Shown one piece after another: positions 16,467 to 18,320 of a stretch of DNA of 18,320 bases. How positions within the stretch are numbered: position 1 is the stretch's first letter; the number at the start of each line of letters is the position of its first letter. The stretch lies in IMG/VR virus record IMGVR_UViG_2728369556_000002. The stretch is one strand, 5' to 3'. The stretch is from a virus. Its lineage: Duplodnaviria > Heunggongvirae > Uroviricota > Caudoviricetes. The notes below the pieces were generated by a model. That model saw nothing but the letters and a program-made list of their open reading frames with translations. It was not told the origin of the DNA and searched no databases. The position numbers and the translations under genes are program-made.

Positions 16467-16640
16467 AAAATCAATATAAACAGCCCCTCCGGAGAGGGGC
16501 TGGAGAGTGGCGCTATGTGCCATTGCATGGTGCCGGGTGCCTCCCGGTGAATTCAGTACCAGCACCTGAATCCGCGATTATCCCATATACCTACTCGCTG
16601 ATTACCCCTCCGCACAGGGGGATTCACCATGCGAAATTTT
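16467..16640 (-). ncRNA. candidate structured small RNA, copy A
   Basis: Minus strand shows promoter-like boxes (TTGTCT, 18 nt, TGTTAAAAA), a 5' arm GCATGGTG, internal hairpins, a 3' arm CACCATGC, then terminator AGCCCCTC-TCCG-GAGGGGCT with a U-rich tail. Paralogous to copy B. Confidence 0.3.
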
Positions 16641-16935
16641 TTAACAAACTTCCCGCCGGCCAGACAATAATCGCCAGCCTGAATTATGAGCAACGTGGCA
16701 TTTTACGGGAAAACTGTTTTCTGCAGTAAAAAGGCCCGCCGGAGCGAGCCTGGAAGGATAGCGGTCATGTGATGCCGGTTTCCCGGTAACTCAGCATCGG
16801 TATCTGAGTCAACGTTTTCTCTACTGGGTCATTTCCGATACGTTCCGCCTTCCGGCAGACTTTCATCACGTCAGAAAATATAGCACCCTGAGTAACAGGA
16901 CAGTACTCAGAATTCAGGAAACTGTGACACATCCT

Positions 16936-17110
16936 GCACAGAAAAGCCCCTCCGGAGAGGGGCTGAAGTATAGCCTAATTTCTGTCTGTCGCATGGTGCC
17001 AGGGGCCTCCCGGTAAATTCAGCCTGTCTACTGAATTTGCATGTTCTCTGGATCATACACTTTGCCAGATGCCCCGCCGCTGAGGGGGATTCACCATGCG
17101 ATGTAATTTT
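16936..17110 (-). ncRNA. candidate structured small RNA, copy B
   Basis: Same block architecture as copy A, with identical terminator hairpin and promoter-like boxes but divergent loops and linkers. Confidence 0.3.
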
Positions 17111-17302
17111 TAACAAATTCTCCGGCAGCCAGACAATCATCAAGCTGTGGAATTGTGAGGTATTTAAAAATTTCAACGGGTAACTGATACCCTGCTAATC
17201 GCCTGATGCTTTCTTTTTCAGCAACGGGAAAGCAACAACCACACACCCGCCACCAAAACACCATCAGACAGCACCGACATTATCCGGCTGCTGAAGTCCA
17301 CC

Positions 17303-17378
17303 ATCACCACCAGAAACAACAGGAGTGCAACCACAGCTGCTTAGAAGGCAATTGCTCTGCCCGGCTGAGCTAACAACG
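17303..17378 (-). pseudogene. degenerate tRNA-Arg(UCU)-like remnant
   Basis: Minus strand reads GCGTTGT TAGCTCAGCCGGGCAGAGCA ATTGC CTTCTAA GCAGC...: a tRNA-like 5' acceptor strand, D-arm and an anticodon loop with TCT, but the anticodon stem and T-arm do not pair. Confidence 0.25.
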
Positions 17379-17479
17379 CTGAATACCGATAATGGACCGC
17401 CATCGGGGACCCGCCCCCGCACCAACAACCCTGTTATCGTGTCGTCTGCTCTTCCTGATAAGCTAATGGCGGTTTGTGA

Positions 17480-17555
17480 TGGTGGCCCTTGCTGGATTTG
17501 AACCAGCGACCTGGCGATTATGAGTCGCTCGCTCTCACCACTGAGCTAAAGGGCC
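17480..17555 (-). tRNA. tRNA with anticodon CAU, closest to tRNA-Ile2 (lysidine type); tRNA-Met not excluded
   Basis: 76-nt minus-strand sequence folds by hand into a cloverleaf: 7-bp acceptor stem GGCCCTT/AAGGGCC, D-arm GCTC..GAGC, anticodon loop CTCATAA, T-arm GCTGG TTCAAAT CCAGC, encoded 3' CCA. Closely resembles E. coli ileX as I recall it. Confidence 0.88.
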
Positions 17556-17591
17556 GGGAGTAGAATAATAACGGTCCGTAATTAATTCCGC

Positions 17592-17620
17592 AATAAAAAA
17601 CCCGCTCGGCGGCGGGTTGT
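17592..17620 (-). terminator. tR'-like intrinsic terminator of the short late leader
   Basis: Minus strand reads AACCCGC CGCCGA GCGGGTT followed by TTTTATTG, about 60 nt downstream of the putative late promoter. Confidence 0.6.
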
Positions 17621-17659
17621 AGAAACTCTTCTAACGTCAGGCATAAAAAGCCCATTATT

Positions 17660-17698
17660 ATGACGAATTTACCACAGATTCCGGAAAAATCAACCTTG
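17660..17698 (-). promoter_or_regulatory. late promoter pR'-like with probable Q-utilisation region
   Basis: Immediately after the Q stop, minus strand has TTGATT (-35), a 16-nt spacer, TAAATT (-10), then a second -10-like CATAAT in the initial transcribed region, as in lambdoid pause-dependent Q loading sites. Confidence 0.5.
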
Positions 17699-18247
17699 TT
17701 ACCTAGTTACCTTTTTTAACTGCCGCTCAGCCCATGCTTCTTCAATATCAAACCGGGTCACCAGCGCATCATAGAATTTCTTAACTGTTTTTTCCCATGA
17801 CGCGCGTGTTATCTGGTTTGTCACCTCGCATATAGCATTAAATGTCTCCGTTGATGGTAGTCTTTCATAGCCACGACCACCACAACGCTGGCAGTCTCTG
17901 ATAACAGGCATACCACGTTTTACCGACTCTTCACGATGAATGGCGACACCACGCCCACGGCAATCCTTACAGGCGGTGGAAACCTCACCCTTTCCGCCAC
18001 ACTCCGGACAGGCAACTTTTACCACCTCCCTGACTTTTTTCCATTCTTCCCAGTAAGACGAATACACACCTTTCGTACACTTTGCCCATACCGGCGGCTT
18101 ACCATCCGGATACTGGACCTTGTTTGTAAAAACTACGCTTTCAATAAATTTTTCCCCATAGCAACAAGGGCACTGCTTTTTACTCGCTGCGCTGCGGGCA
18201 TAATCCTCAAAAGCGTACGAATGCGTATTTTCATGAAAGGAGATCAC
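17699..18247 (-). CDS. Q: late antiterminator Q (lambda Q family)
   Basis: C-terminal half aligns by eye with lambda Q (YA.DY.RSAA...C..C.G.G...C..C.G.GY...P...W...VK..YDALV...VTR). Apparent GTG start at 18247, preceded by GGAAG. Confidence 0.85.
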   Translation of the reverse strand: MISFHENTHSYAFEDYARSAASKKQCPCCYGEKFIESVVFTNKVQYPDGKPPVWAKCTKGVYSSYWEEWKKVREVVKVACPECGGKGEVSTACKDCRGRGVAIHREESVKRGMPVIRDCQRCGGRGYERLPSTETFNAICEVTNQITRASWEKTVKKFYDALVTRFDIEEAWAERQLKKVTR

Positions 18248-18320
18248 TCAATAACTTCCATCGAGATCGGGTAATAACATTTGAACAGATCGCTGAATAA
18301 CATCGATGGAGATCACTTTT

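Noticed and set aside
16760-16940. 33-codon minus-strand ORF (MKVCRKAERIGNDPVEK...) in the spacer between the two structured elements
   Set aside because: Weak ribosome-binding site and no other support. Noted only because a terminator-like hairpin (16726-16750) follows it.
16467-17140. Possibility that the two repeats are a CRISPR array or tRNA-Arg genes
   Set aside because: Only two copies of about 200 nt with internal divergent segments, and no short regular repeat-spacer pattern. Neither copy folds into a cloverleaf; only a loose resemblance to a T-arm was seen.
16907-17176. 89-aa minus-strand ORF overlapping structured element B
   Set aside because: Its paralogue (element A) is covered instead by a plus-strand ORF (16517..16729) in an unrelated frame. 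Conservation between the copies follows hairpin and box structure, not a reading frame.
17205-17381. 58-codon His/Gln-rich plus-strand ORF (MLSFSATGKQQPHTRHQ...)
   Set aside because: No ribosome-binding site, low-complexity composition, and it overlaps the tRNA-Arg-like remnant on the other strand. Likely a chance frame.

Overview
This window is the late region of a lambdoid prophage of the enterobacterial type (E. coli / Shigella / Salmonella-like), transcribed almost entirely on the minus strand. Reading in the direction of transcription (high to low coordinates): antiterminator Q (17699-18247), a late promoter and short terminated leader (pR'/tR'-like, about 17592-17698), a tRNA with anticodon CAU (17480-17555), a roughly 2 kb cargo gap, a pinholin / SAR-endolysin / Rz-Rz1 lysis cassette (13729-15354) with bor on the opposite strand, HNH endonuclease plus small and large terminase, then HK97-type portal, prohead protease and major capsid, head-tail joining genes, and lambda-type tail genes V, G/GT, H, M and the start of L. 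The most unusual material is in the Q-to-holin gap: two paralogous structured, terminator-capped non-coding elements, a decayed tRNA-Arg-like remnant, and a low-GC orphan ORF on the opposite strand. Two packaging/head genes (small terminase, prohead protease) show apparent single-base reading-frame breaks. All calls rest on reading the sequence and ORF track by eye and on recalled protein families; no database search was run.
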